DNA of 64,000 bases from Rebecca billardiae RCC1528 (taxonomy: Eukaryota; Protista; Haptophyta): assembly GCA_965240325.2 (NCBI GenBank), contig OZ251224.1, forward strand, positions 2,852,001 to 2,916,000, given 5' to 3'. The translations under genes and the position numbers were made by a program. Positions 1 through 12,150 of this stretch are shown here, in pieces (the first letter of the stretch is position 1; each line of letters opens with the position of its first letter). The notes beneath the pieces were generated by a model. It was not told where the DNA came from. It searched no databases and saw nothing but the letters and a program-made list of their open reading frames with translations.

Positions 1-760
1 GCGAAGCGGCGAGCGCCGACGAGCGCTTGGACCTGGACGCGTTGTTGCGCAGCGTGGCGGCCGTGCACGACGCCGACGCGACCTTCGCCGAGCCCATCGT
101 GCCCGGAGCGGACATCGGCATCCTCGCGACACACGATCTCAGCTGGCGGCAGGAGGAGATGCTGTCGCGTTATTATTCGTCAGTGAGTCAGGTAGCTCAC
201 CATCATCTGTGTGTCGCATTGTTATTCGTCATCCTGCCCGTCAAACCGCTAAATAAAAGGCGCGAACCCGCTGGGGAAATATTGCGACAGCACTGGCACG
301 GCCCGCCGACCCCCCCGCCCGCCAGGGCAGAGTTTTTATAATTATAATAAACTAAAACGGTCCGCGCGCGCGCCTGGCCCTGGCCCCTGTGGCCTGTGCC
401 CTGATGGCTGATGTGACTGATGTCCGGTCGTAGCACTCGTAGTGTCAGGCATCAGTAAGCAGGCTATATAGCACTTAGCACGGCGGCAGCACAACCGACG
501 ATGCACAATAATGGTCCGCCGCCTGCTCTCTGATCATCAGACATCAGATCAGGGGAGACCGAGGTCCGAGGGAATAATAATCTGCTGGCCAGATGCAACC
601 TGAACTCTGAAGGGCCCATCATCACGCAGAGTGCGGGCGCCTCGGCGACATGGGCATGGCACACGACGGTGACCCTCGATCGATCGCGCAGGGCTTGTGC
701 GCCATCGGCCGAGCGCCGCCACGGTCAGCCCCGGGTCAGCGGTGCGGAGCAGCCGTCCGA

Positions 761-2128
761 TCAGGCCGGACGCTGGGTCGAGGAGCCCGCGCTCGGAGGG
801 AAGCGCTCGAGCAGCAGGATGAGGCGCGCGTCGATGCGCTCGAGCCGGTCCAGCAGCGCGGTCTCGAAGGGCGTCATCTGCGGCTGCGTCGGCGCGGTGG
901 CGTGGTCGGGCTTGGCCACGGCGCCCGCAGCGGGCGTGACGAGGCTACCAGGGTGCCGGGGATGGCGTCCGTTGGCTTCAGAGGGCGAGGGCTGCTGCGC
1001 ATGGCTCGGCCGCTTGGGCGTCCACGGCCCACTCGTCCGCTCCCCGCGCGGCGAGGCGCCATGGTGGCGCGCGGCCGCGGGCTGGGCGGAGCCCCGCTGC
1101 GGGCTGCGCGCCGGAGCGCGCGCCCCGCCCGCCGGGGCCGCCGACGCCGTGCGAGCGGCTTCGGAGCCCTGCGTGGCGGCCGCCGCGCGCTGGCCGCCGG
1201 CGGGCGGAGTAGATTGCGGCTGCTGCGCATGCTTGGCGGAGTGGGAGGAGCGACGGCGCCTCTTCTGCTCCGTCGCAGCTGGCGTGCCCGTCGTGGCGGC
1301 CGCCGGCTGCGGCGTCGCCGCCGCCGGCTGCGGCGTCGCCGCCCCCGCCCCCGCTGCGGGCTGCGACGAGGTCACGCCGTCCGCCGTCCGCCGCGGCATC
1401 ACCGGCGCCGGCGTGGCAGTCGTCGAGGCAGCGGCAGGTGTGCACGTCGGCGTGGCAGCCGGAGCAGCGCGCGCGGCGCTCGCTGGCGCGGGCCCGACGG
1501 CAGCGGTTCCCGCCGCCGCGGCTCCGACGCCCGCCTGAGCGGCGGTCGCCGCGGCTCCGGCACATGATGTGCCCTCCGCCACTGCGGCGGTGGCGGCGGC
1601 AGATGGCTGCTTGGCCTCGTGCGCGGTCGAGTTCCTCTTCTGCCGCTTGCGCTTCTTGGTCGACGCCGTGTCCTTGTCGTTACCCGCGGTGGCCACTGCC
1701 GTCACAGGCGCCGCCGCCGCCGCAGCGTTGTGCTCAGCCTTCGGCGGGCTGGGTGCTTCAGGCGGCGTCGAGATCGCATGCGGCTCGCCCGCCTTAGCGG
1801 CTGTCGGCGCTGGCGCGGCGGCATCCGGCGCGGGAGTCTGCCCCTGCGGCACGGCAGGCCGCGACTGCTCCGGCGCCAGCTGCGCGGCCTCGTTCGCCGC
1901 CTGGTCCTTGGCCGCCTTCCGCAGCTTCTTTTCATGCTTGCGCTTGCTCTCGCCGGCAGCGGTGCCGTCGTGGTCGAGCTTCGGCTTCTTCGCGGCTGGG
2001 GCCACGTGCACCCAGCCATCGGCGTCGGTGAAGGTGGCCACCTGCTTCACTGGCGGCGGCGCCGCCGAGTCTGTGCCGCCCGCCAGCTGCGCGTTCAGCG
2101 CTGCGAGCTTCGCGTCGAACGACGTCAT
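761..2128 (-). CDS. Hypothetical low-complexity Ala/Pro/Lys-rich protein (455 aa), possibly nuclear
   Basis: Single ATG-initiated ORF with coding-like codon use, basic clusters (KKRKRQKR, KRKHEKKLRK) and a short C-terminal helix (LLDRLERIDARLILLLE). No family recognised. Confidence 0.6.
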   Translation of the reverse strand: MTSFDAKLAALNAQLAGGTDSAAPPPVKQVATFTDADGWVHVAPAAKKPKLDHDGTAAGESKRKHEKKLRKAAKDQAANEAAQLAPEQSRPAVPQGQTPAPDAAAPAPTAAKAGEPHAISTPPEAPSPPKAEHNAAAAAAPVTAVATAGNDKDTASTKKRKRQKRNSTAHEAKQPSAAATAAVAEGTSCAGAAATAAQAGVGAAAAGTAAVGPAPASAARAAPAATPTCTPAAASTTATPAPVMPRRTADGVTSSQPAAGAGAATPQPAAATPQPAAATTGTPAATEQKRRRRSSHSAKHAQQPQSTPPAGGQRAAAATQGSEAARTASAAPAGGARAPARSPQRGSAQPAAARHHGASPRGERTSGPWTPKRPSHAQQPSPSEANGRHPRHPGSLVTPAAGAVAKPDHATAPTQPQMTPFETALLDRLERIDARLILLLERFPPSAGSSTQRPA

Positions 2129-2619
2129 GGGGATGCACAGGACCGCGGCCGGGCACGCGCCTTCAAGGAGGACGTGGAGAGCTCGTGGACGCCCTTGCCC
2201 GCGCGGGAGAGCTGGCTCCGCAGCCGGATTCCGCGGTGCTGCTGCTGTTGCGGTACCCGCCTTTCTGCTACTGCGAACCGGACGAAAGAAAATAGAAGAA
2301 CCGCGTCCTGCACTTTTTTTGTCATAGGCTAGCTACGACTACTCTGTACCGGCGGGCTGCTTGGCAACCTGTCGCCGCTGTCCGACGACGGTCCTGCACC
2401 GTGACGCACTTGACGATGCCGGCAAGTGCACGACGTTTCAGCATCAGCGGTAGTCAGCGCAATCATCGTAGTACAGTAGGCCGCGCCTCGACCTCAGCGC
2501 CTGGCCGGACACGGTCTGCGCGCACAGTCTCCGGCGTCCGTGATGCCAATCCGAATCACCTGCCCCTGGCACGGACACGGGCGGGTGCGCCGGCCCGGCC
2601 CGCCGGTCAGGTGCGGACG

Positions 2620-3720
2620 TCAGCTGATGATGCAATGACATCCGCCGCCACCGACCTCGGCCGCATCGGGACCCCGCTCGGCTGCGCGCTGAGGCGATAC
2701 GCGATCGACGTCAGCCGCGCGCGTGCGCGGGGCCGGCCCGTGGCGCGCTACGCTGTCCGCTGACGGTTGCCGCGCAGTCGCAGACGGCTCCGGAGCGGGC
2801 GTCGGGCTCGGCGGCTGCCCGCTCGCAGCCGCCGTGCCCGTGCTGCGCCCGCTCGGCGGCGCGGTCCGCGCGCTCTCGGCGGGCGCCGACACCTCGTTCG
2901 TCGACTCGCGCGGCACGCGCCGGTCCGTGTACCACGTCGCGTGCGGCCGGCGCAGCGCGCGCACGGCCATCACCCGGCGCGCGAGGTTCTCCTTGTCAAC
3001 GTAGACCTCGTGCCCAAGCCCCTCGAGGGCGAGCATGTGCTTCAGCACCTTGATCGGCAGCTTCTTGACGCCGCCGCGGTGGGACTGCTCGACGCGGGTG
3101 CACAGCTCCGCCTTCTCGAGGCAGTCGCCGTACGGGATGTCGCGCAGCTGCAGCACGGCGCGCGCCGCGCGCACCGTGAGCTCGGACACCCTGAGCTCTG
3201 CGCCAGACGCCGAGTTGAGCCGCCTCGCCACCTCGCCGATGAGCCGCGGCCGGTCGAACTCGCCGAGGAGCGCGCGGGCGGTGGCATGGTGCACGCTGTC
3301 CACCGCAGCGTACGCGGCGATGAGCTCCTCGCGCGTGAGCGCGAGGCACAGCGCCGGGTCTAGCGCCGCGTCGCGCTCGAGGCGCGCGGCGGTGAGCGAG
3401 TCGAGCCCGCCCCATTTGGACGCGTCGTCGTCGAGGGCGAGCTTGCAGGCCCACTGCTCGCCGTTGCCGCTGGGGACGTAGTGCTCCGCGCGGCACGTGG
3501 GGCACACGAGCAGGTTCTTCGGCTTCGCCGGCCCTTGCCCGCCGTTCGTCGCGTCGCCCTTGCCAGCGCCCACGAGCGCGATGACGCACGGCCGGCAGAA
3601 GCGCTTGTGGCAGCACGGCATCGTCACGGGCACGTCGGGTAGCAGGCGCATGTCCTCGAAGCACACGGGGCAGTCGTGATCCTCCGCGTCCTCCGCGCTC
3701 TCCATCGCGTCCGCACCCAT
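2620..3720 (-). CDS. RING-finger (C3HC4) protein with two SAP-like helical repeats and a C-terminal CaaX motif
   Basis: RING motif CPVC..PCCHKRFCRPC..CPTC. Repeats LTVRAARAVLQLRDIPYGDCLEKAELCTRV and LPIKVLKHMLALEGLGHEVYVDKENLARRV. Protein ends in CIIS*. Confidence 0.8.
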   Translation of the reverse strand: MGADAMESAEDAEDHDCPVCFEDMRLLPDVPVTMPCCHKRFCRPCVIALVGAGKGDATNGGQGPAKPKNLLVCPTCRAEHYVPSGNGEQWACKLALDDDASKWGGLDSLTAARLERDAALDPALCLALTREELIAAYAAVDSVHHATARALLGEFDRPRLIGEVARRLNSASGAELRVSELTVRAARAVLQLRDIPYGDCLEKAELCTRVEQSHRGGVKKLPIKVLKHMLALEGLGHEVYVDKENLARRVMAVRALRRPHATWYTDRRVPRESTNEVSAPAESARTAPPSGRSTGTAAASGQPPSPTPAPEPSATARQPSADSVARHGPAPRTRAADVDRVSPQRAAERGPDAAEVGGGGCHCIIS

Positions 3721-3982
3721 CCTCTCGGCCTGGGCGTAGGCTCGCGCTCGCCCTCCGGCAGGTTGGCGGACGCCCTGCTGATTTACTCGCGACGACGAGA
3801 TTGACGACCGAGCGACCAGTTGGGACTCTGAAAAAGTGCGAGATGAAAGAAAAGCCCAGATGCATCGCGCGTTGGCTGCTTGGCTCCGGACGAACCGTCA
3901 GCATCAGCTGAAGCACCCCGGGCGCTGGAGCCCGGCCCGGACTGCGCCCGCTTGCTCGGTTGCTCCTCGTCGGCGCGAAGTC

Positions 3983-6900
3983 ATGGCGTCGACGGCGGCG
4001 AGCGAGCTGCTTGTTGATCTGCTCAATGACGCGATGCTCGTGGACACGGAGAAGGAGAAGCTTGAGATGGTGCACGAGATGCAGGTACGTGTGCACGATG
4101 CCGCGCCCAGCGGCCGGGGCTCGCGCCATCGGCCACGCCGCTGACGCGGGGTGGGCCCCGGTGGGTGCGCGCCGTGCCGCCGCGTGCCACGCCGCGGCGG
4201 CCGCGCGCAGGAGATCATACTGAACCGCGACACGAGCCTGCTCGCCGAGTACCTGCCGCACGTGCTCGCGATGCACACGGACAAGTTCGGCGCCGTGCGC
4301 CGCGCCATCGTCAAAATCGCCGAGCAGACCGCCAAGCGGCACGACGCATGTGCGTGCGATTTGCGCGTCTCGGCCCGCCGCGCCCACTCGCCTTGCAAAT
4401 CGCGGCGCTGAGGCGCGCGGCTCGCGCGCGCGCGCGCGCGCGCGCACTCGCGCATGCATGCGTGCCCAGACCTGCCGCGCGTGATGGAGCTGCTGCTCTA
4501 CCGCGTCAACGACGAGGCGCAGAGCGTCACGCGCCGCGCTCTCTCGGCCGTGGGCACATTGCTGAGGCCTGCGCTCGGCATGCTCGGCCGCGCGCGCACG
4601 CCGCTCCCGCGCACGCTGGCGGAGATGCGCGACCACATGGGCGCGCTGGTCGCGCGAGCGCACGCGCTCCTTGACTCCCCGCACGAGCCGACGCGCTCGC
4701 AGGCCGTGCACGTCACGGAGCTCGCCACCATCTCGCTCACGGCGCGCGCCGGCCCCGTGGGTGCGCAGACGCAGCTGCCGGCCGCGGCGCGCGCGTTCGA
4801 CCTAGGAAGGCTTGAGCCGGCGCTGGCGGGTGCGCTGCGCGCGCGCGAGCTGGAGGAGCTGGGCGCGGCGGGCGCGCGCGCGCTCTGCCGCCAGCTCCGC
4901 GCCGCGCAGCCGCGCGCCGCCGATGCCGACGCGGCCGTGCCTGCGCTGCCAGCCGCCGTCGCCACGGCAGTTGTCAACGCCACGGCCACTGTCGCCCGCA
5001 CGTGTGAGATACACGCCGACTCTGCCGGCGGTGCGCTCGCGGAGGCGGCGCAGCGCGTGCACGCGGCGCTGCAGCCGGCCGCCGAGCCGGCCGCGCCGGA
5101 GGCCAGCCGCGCCGCCGCGCGTGAGCTCCTGCCCGCGCTCACCTCCGCGCTGCAGCAGCTCGGGGGCGCCAGCGATCAGCCAGGCGCGCGCGCCGAGCTC
5201 GCGCGCGCGCGCGCGGACGCGCGCACGCGCGCGCGCGATGCGCTCGAGCTGCTGCGCGCGCTGCCCGGCGGCCGCGGGGCGGCGCGCGCGCGGGACGGGG
5301 GCGCGGACGCCGACGCGTCCGCGCCCAAGCGCGCGCGCGCAGGCTCGCGCGCCCCTTCGCCCGCGCCCTCGCCGCCGCCGGCCGTGCCGCTCAGCGCGGC
5401 CATCGCCAAGTCCCTGGGGGGCCTCTCCGCCCAGGCGGTGGCGAGTCTCGTTGTGGCGGGCGTGGGCCGGCTGCCCAAGTTCCTCGCGGCGGAGGCGGGC
5501 GGCGCGCTGGTGCCCGCCGTCCCCGCCGGCACCACCGTCCCCCACCGCGCGGGCGCCGCCGAGCCGCTCAGCGCCGCCGAGTGCGAGCGGCTCCGAGTCC
5601 GGGCGTTCTGCCGGATTCTGTCCGACGACACGGCGGCGCAGGTGGATGCGAGTGAGGCGCAAGCGCTGCACACGCGCGTGCTCTCGGCGCTCGCGCTGCT
5701 GGCGGGCGTGGGCTCGGAGGAGCACGCCGAGCTCACGCAGTACGTGTGCGCGGCGCCCGCCGCGCGCCGCTCGCTCGCGCTCGCGTGGCTCGCCGCCGAG
5801 TTCGCGCCGAGTCAAGTGCTGGCCGGCGCAGGCGGCGGTGGCGGCGGCGCGGACGCGCTCGGCGGCGCGGACGGCGGCGGCGCGGGCGCCGGCGCGCCTG
5901 GCACCGCCGAGTCGCCCGAGCGGTACGAGACGGTGAGCCGGCAGCTACTCCGCGCGCTCCACGCCGACCGCAGCTGGCTCGGACTGGTCGCCACGCTGCC
6001 CGGCGACGGGCTCGACCCGGAGGTGCTCGCGCTGATCAGGTGTGCGCGGCGCGCGCTCGCTCGGCGGCACGTGTCGCCGGGCTACGGACGCGCGCGCGGG
6101 CCGGGGGCTGCCCGCCGGGCAACCCGCCGCTCGCGCCGGCAAGGAGGCCGCGCGCGCGCGCGCGAGAGGGCGGGAGCCCGCGCTGGGAGGCTCTGAGCTG
6201 CGGGCTGCCGGGCCCCGCGCGCGGGGCCGAGCCCCTGCCCCGCCCCTGCCTCCTCCTCCGCGCCCGGCACCGCCCTTCCCGCCAGCGGCGCGCCCGCGCG
6301 CTCCGCGTCGCGCCCCGCCTCACCCGGCTGCCGCCGCGCCTGCGCGCCTGCGCGCCGCGGTGCACGCGCGCCGCGTGCTCGCAGGTCGGACGTCGACGTG
6401 CCCGACCGGCTGCTGCCCGCGCTCGCCACGCTGCGCGACGTGGTGGAGCACAGGCCCGCAGCGAAGGCGGAGGCGCTTGCGCTCACGCTCGAGCTCTCCA
6501 CGAGCGCGCACGACGCGCAGCGCGCCGCGGCGATTCGGCTGATCGCCAGCCGGCTGCACCCGATGGCTGAGCTGTCTGCCACCATCGAGGCGTTCGCCGT
6601 GAGCCAGGCGGAGGGGCTGCTGCAGGGGCACGACGTGGGGCCGAGCGGGGCGGGCGCGCCGGCCGAGCCGGGCGCAGACGGCGCGGACGGCGCGGCCGCC
6701 GCGGACGCGGAGGGCGGCGCGGCCGACGCGGCCGCGGTCGGGCCGACGGAGGCGGAGGCGCGGCGCAGGCTGCTGCTGCTGCTCGCCGTGGCGACGCGCA
6801 AGCCGCCGCTGCTGCTGGTCGCGCTGCGCATCTTCGCGCACGGCGGCGCCGGGCCGCGCGCGGCGCTGCAGAAGCAGATTGGCGGCGTGCTGCCCCACAT

Positions 6901-8195
6901 CCAGCCGGACGAGGCGCGCACGCGGATCCTCCGCGCGCTGATCGACGACCATCCAGTCGGTGCGCGGCGCGGCTCGGGGGGCGGGCGGGGGGCGGGGCGG
7001 GAGGCGCCCGGCCTCACTGCGCCCGGTGCGCGGCGCGGCTCGGGAGGCCGCTCGGGGGGCGGCTCGGGAGGCGCCCGACCGCACGGCGCGCGGGTCGGGA
7101 GACGCCGCGCCGGCGCGCGCGCCGTGCCGTCGCGCCAGAGCCGCGGCGTGGCGCTGCGCCGTCGCCGCCCGACCCGCGCGCTCGCTCCCTCCCGCCGCCG
7201 GCATCCGGTCGGCCTCACGCGCGCTTCCCCGCGCGCGCCCCGCGCCGCGCCCGGCCCCTCCAGGCTCGGAGCTGCTCCTGCTCAAGATGCTCCACGTCGC
7301 GGCCGAGCTGGACGGCGGCCCTCCGCGCGATCTCGCCGCCGAGATCGTGGCGCGCTGCCTGCGCGGCGAGCTCGACGCGCGCTTCGCGCTGCCCGTGCTG
7401 CCGGCGACGTCGCGCTCGGAGATCGAGCCGCTGCTCCCGGCCATCTGCGCGCTGCCGCCCAACGTGACCAAGGCGGCCATCCTGCGGCTGGTCGGCGTGG
7501 GCATCCCGGTGCGCGCGCAGCCCGCCGCCAAGCCCGCCGCGGCGGACGGCGCGGACGCTGCGCCGGACGCGGCCGCGGCAGCCGGCGCCGCGCCCACGGC
7601 CGAGTCGGCGTTCACCCCGGCTGAGCTGTTCGAGGCGCTGCACCGCATCCGCGCGCGCGACGACGGCGACGACAACGTGTCGCGCGCGCCCGCCGCCGCG
7701 CCCGCGCCCGCGCCAACCGGCGCCGAGCCGGCGGCGGGCGCGCCCACGAGCGCGCCGCTTGGCTCACTGGTGGAGGCGACGCACGCCTGCCTCAAGGAGC
7801 GCAAGATCTTCACCGCCGACGCGCTCGCGGCCGCGCTGCCGCGGATCGTGGCGCACGAGCCGCTGCCGCGGCTCGCGCTGCGCTCGGTGCTGCAGGCGTA
7901 CATCTACCACCCCAAGCTCGCCGACCTCGCCTTTGAGACGCTCGGGACCGCCGTCGAGCGCGCCGTGTGGCGCGGGCCGCACGCCGACGAGCAGTTCGAG
8001 GGCTTCGCCCGGCTCGCGAAGAAGCTGCTGCCGCGCTCGCTGCCGACGCTCCTGCGCGTGCCGGCGCGCCGGCTGGCGCCGCTGCTCGACGAGTCGGCCG
8101 ACCTGCGCGCGCAGCTCCTCAAGCACATCACCGACGAGCGGCCCGGCGGGCTCGACCCGGAGGTGGCCGCGCTGCTCGAGGGCGCGGCCACGTGA
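3983..8195 (+). CDS. SYMPK: Symplekin (mRNA 3'-end processing scaffold), 5 exons
   Basis: N-terminus EIILNRDTSLLAEYLPHVLAMHTD..VRRAIVKIAEQ. Symplekin_C-like FTPAELFEALH..KIFTADALAAAL..PLPRLALRSVLQA..HPKL..VW..FEGF. GT-AG introns at 4085-4210, 4350-4469, 6040-6384 and 6960-7263 keep the reading frame. Confidence 0.88.
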
Positions 8196-8352
8196 TCCAG
8201 ACCGCGTTGTTGATTGACGACGAGCAGCAGCAGAGTCCGGGCGCCCGCGCGTAGCAACAACTATAGTGTCAGCGGTTATAACTCATTAGTTGATGTATAG
8301 TAGCAGTATATATATATATATATACAGCGCTGCTGCTATACTCAATATATAT

Positions 8353-9975
8353 ATATGACCGCGTTCCGCGGTCCTTTTCCGTAGAACGAACGTAGTTCGG
8401 GGCCCGCGGTGGCGGTGCACCCTCCGTCGCAGTCGTCCCGTACACGTGTAACTAGACTCCATCCAGCGGCGCGCCGCCCCAGCGCCGCGCCGCCGCCGGC
8501 GTGCGCCGAGTGTGGATGTCGGTCGTCGGCCGAGCTGCCCTCATCACAGACGGCCCTTACCTGACCCCCTGCGCGTGCGCGACGGCCGACAGGCGGATGC
8601 GACTCGGCGTGATCGACGCACGAGCGCGACTCTTGCACGCCAGGCCACCGGCGGAGCTGACTGACAGCCAGGGAGCCGGACGGCGCGGGACCGCGCGGAT
8701 TCGACCGTTCGTTCGGGCCTGCCGCTGACCGTCGTCGCCGCGACGCCAGCAGCGCAGGAGTAGATGATCTGCAGGTCAGTAGGGTTCGACCTGCGCGCCT
8801 GCGCGACGGCCGACAGGCGGGCGCGAGGCGTGAGCGACGCATGAGCGCGACTCTACGTGCACACCAGGCACCACGCGGCCGAGCTGACTGGCCGCGAGCC
8901 AGGGAGCACGGTGCGAGCAGCCATGCAGCACCGGTGCTTGCGCGCGCCGCGCGTGCACGGGGTGACACACCTCGGTCAGGCTCGGCACGCGTCGCAGAGG
9001 CACGGCCAGCTCTGGGCACGCCAGGCGCCCAGGCCACGCGGAGCTGACAGCCACGGGGAGCCGACGGCGCGCGGGGCCGCGGCCAGTTCCGAGTTCGACT
9101 TGCGCCTGCTCTGAAGAAGAGTTCTGGGAGACCCTGGCGGAGAGGCATGGCAAGGGGGGCGTGTGGTGAAGTCGGAGACTCCGAGATCGATCAGTCCGGC
9201 ATCATGCGCCGCTGCCCCCGAGCTTGCGAGAGCCCGAACACAGGGCGGCGGCTGCGGCGGCGGCGGCGCGGCCGCGCGCCGGCCGGCCGCGCAGGCATCG
9301 ACAGGGCGCGGCAGGGGCGTGCGGAGTGACTAGTGAGCGGGCACGAACGCGATGTCGACGGCCGTCGGGACCCGCCGCAGACGCGCGCTCCAGGCGCCAC
9401 TCGGCACTTGCCACGCGCACCTGCCCATCGAGCGCCCCCTTGCGGACCAACCAAGAGTCGTCGAGGCTCGCTCGCCACCCCAGCAGAAGAAACCTGCACA
9501 GCACGTCGTCCTTGCGACGACGGCAGGTTTTGAGCTCGCCAGCTCGGTAAGTCAGTGACTATGGAATGGGCTGGCAACGAATAGCTGCGCGGGTATTTTC
9601 AATAAGGCTTGCGGGTTTTAGACTCTAGATACCAACCGCCGCGAAGCCAAGTTCATATTCATCAAGGCGGAGGCAAACTATCACACATGAACGAGAGTCT
9701 ACCCACAAAATCGCGCTCGTAACGAACCGTTACGTTAATGTCACGTCCAGCTGACGTCCAGATCGCACTTTACTTAAGGGAATGAGCTGGACGCGCTTAT
9801 TTTCGGCCTAATAGACCTCTCTATGCGATCTCAAAAACTCGAAACTCGGTCTCCGCCAGCCCTAAAAATCGCCCCCGTCCCTTTTTTCTTGATCAAAGAT
9901 CTTTTTGAAACGTGGTTCGGGCCCGCTGGTGCGGGCTCCACGCTGCGCGCTCCGCCCTGCACCGCGGGCCATGAC
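8353..9975. mobile_element. Non-autonomous element copy A (terminal hairpin, subterminal inverted repeat, internal degenerate repeats)
   Basis: Both ends match the ends of 39399-41924 in inverted orientation. Hairpin GACCGCG-TTC-CGCGGTC at 8357-8373, TGCACCGCGGGCC at 9958-9970. No credible ORF; flanked by TA-rich tracts. Confidence 0.7.
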
Positions 9976-9985
9976 GGTAACTAGC

Positions 9986-10244
<259 letters not shown>

Positions 10245-10791
10245 TCGCTTATTGACGGCGCGAGCTGGGCGGCATGCGCTGCCTGCATGGCCAGGCCAAG
10301 ATGCTCATCGCCCACGCGCGCATGGCGCACGTGCGCCCGGGGGCACGCGCCCGCGGGGGCGCTGGGTACGACAACTACTTAGTACTTCGAGTCCGAGGCA
10401 CTCCGAGCCGACAGCTGACGACGCGTGGCACCGCGACCACCGCGGTGGCGCGCGCGCGTCGACGCCAGACGGTGCGTCGATGAGCTTCCGCTCGGCGATG
10501 GAGTGATAATAGGCGGCTACGAGCCCGAGGCCCGCGAGCGAGGGGGCCGGGGGGAGCGACGGCGAGGAGCGCTGATCCGGCTGGCGCCAGTGAGTGGCGG
10601 TGTTATTTGTCTCCGTAGAGCTCTAGTAGCTGCTGCTCGAGTCCCGGATCCGGATCTGCCGCGTCAGACACTCTACAGCTTGCTGACTGTCTGACGCCTG
10701 CCCGTTGCATACCACGTCGTTAATATATCGCTTGACGAATTCATCATCACGACTCGCTATATATTATTTATTTCATAAATAAACTTGAACT

Positions 10792-11559
10792 TCAGAGCAG
10801 AGCTTGCTCGGCAAACGCATCTGGGCTGACGACCACCTCAGTGCGCCACCCTGTCAGCCTCACCCACGCATCCGAGGAAAATCCATCGCCACCGACTCCG
10901 CAGGCCGGGCTCAAGTCGTCAAGCTCCACGTACGCACCAAACGCCGCCCTTACGGCCGGCACGTCCGCCTCTTTGAAGCCCGTGAGTGCCACTCGGCCGA
11001 ATGGTTGGATGCGTGCCGCAGCGTCGAGTGCGATGCAGCACAGAGGCCCAGGCAGCATATTGGCGACGAGAATATCAGCCATCGGGCGCGGCGCGAGCGA
11101 GGAGGACAGATGCTCGTAGACGCTGCAATGCGCCTCGACGCCATTCGCGCGCGCATTGGCCCGCGCCCACTCCACTGCCGAGGGCGTGATGTCCGCCATG
11201 ACGGCGCGGGTGCAGGCGCCGAGCCGGACTGCAGCGATTCCAAGCACGCCGGAGCCACACCCATAATCCAAGCAGACGGCGTCATTCGACGCGTCAAGCG
11301 TGTCCAGCCACTCTAGCAGCGTGCGCGTCGTCTGATGTAGGTTGCCCGCAGACGTCACCAGGAATGTGTAGTCGTCTGCGTCCAGTCGAACCTCCACAGC
11401 TCCGGCGGGCTTTGCGACGCTTGCCGGCAACGATGCCGGCGCGACCCAGACGCGGCCACACTGGACAGGGTCGAATGTCGCACGCGCCGTCACACTCGCG
11501 ACGGAGGTCGTGACGAGGGCCGTAAGCAGGGCAGGTCTCTTGGGAATAACGGGCGCCAT
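10792..11559 (-). CDS. Class I SAM-dependent methyltransferase, PrmA (ribosomal protein L11 methyltransferase)-like
   Basis: HQTT, LDYGCGSGVLGIAAVRLGA, DI..SAVEWARANARANGV, DILVANML and ALTGF motifs. Hydrophobic Ser/Thr-rich N-terminus suggests a targeting peptide. Confidence 0.75.
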   Translation of the reverse strand: MAPVIPKRPALLTALVTTSVASVTARATFDPVQCGRVWVAPASLPASVAKPAGAVEVRLDADDYTFLVTSAGNLHQTTRTLLEWLDTLDASNDAVCLDYGCGSGVLGIAAVRLGACTRAVMADITPSAVEWARANARANGVEAHCSVYEHLSSSLAPRPMADILVANMLPGPLCCIALDAAARIQPFGRVALTGFKEADVPAVRAAFGAYVELDDLSPACGVGGDGFSSDAWVRLTGWRTEVVVSPDAFAEQALL

Positions 11560-11782
11560 CGTTTCCGATCACGACATTATGTGATAATTCTCACGGGCGC
11601 CGTTGGATTTGTACAATACTGTCATGGGTTCAAAACCAGTTTCCAGGTCTCTCTTCGGAGAGCGTGCGATGAAGGATGGCGCGGCAACCTGCCACCGTGA
11701 GCCTTACGCACGTTAAAACAAATAAACTGTAGATTGTTGGACGCGAGTGACGCGACGAAGTCGCACGACTTCAACGAAGTAA

Positions 11783-12150
11783 TCGAACGCCCCAGCCGGC
11801 AAGGTGCGCTGCTAAGCCTGATGAGCACAAGCTGGCCGGCATGGTCATTGGTCGAGGCCGCGAGGGGTACAGTTTATTACTAAGAATAATGACGCACACT
11901 GAGCTCAGGCAGGCGAGATTGACGCCCTCTACTACTGTCACCGCCCATAACTCATTGTCATAAGCTTCGAACGCCCCAGCCGGCAAGGTGCGCTGCTAAG
12001 CCTGATGAGCACAAGCTGGCCGGCATGGTCATTGGTCGAGGCCGCGAGGGGTACAGTTTATTACTAAGAATAATGACGCACACTGAGCTCAGGCAGGCGA
12101 GATTGACGCCCTCTACTACTGTCACCGCCCATAACTCATTGTCATAAGCT
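11783..12150. repeat. Apparently perfect tandem duplication, 2 x 184 bp
   Basis: 11783-11966 repeats as 11967-12150 (TCGAACGCCCC...GTCATAAGCT). Confidence 0.95.

Noticed and set aside
1-341. Coding-like sequence at the window start
   Set aside because: Both strands give plausible frames; strand and product cannot be determined.
4356-4404. Inverted repeat GCGATTTGC/GCAAATCGC in symplekin intron 2
   Set aside because: The stem is short, and nothing else supports a structured RNA or a mobile intron.
11815-11910. TGATGA...CTGA resembling a C/D snoRNA, or CTGATGA resembling a hammerhead core
   Set aside because: No GAAA core or stems for a hammerhead, and no recognisable rRNA guide. It would need an Infernal/snoscan search.
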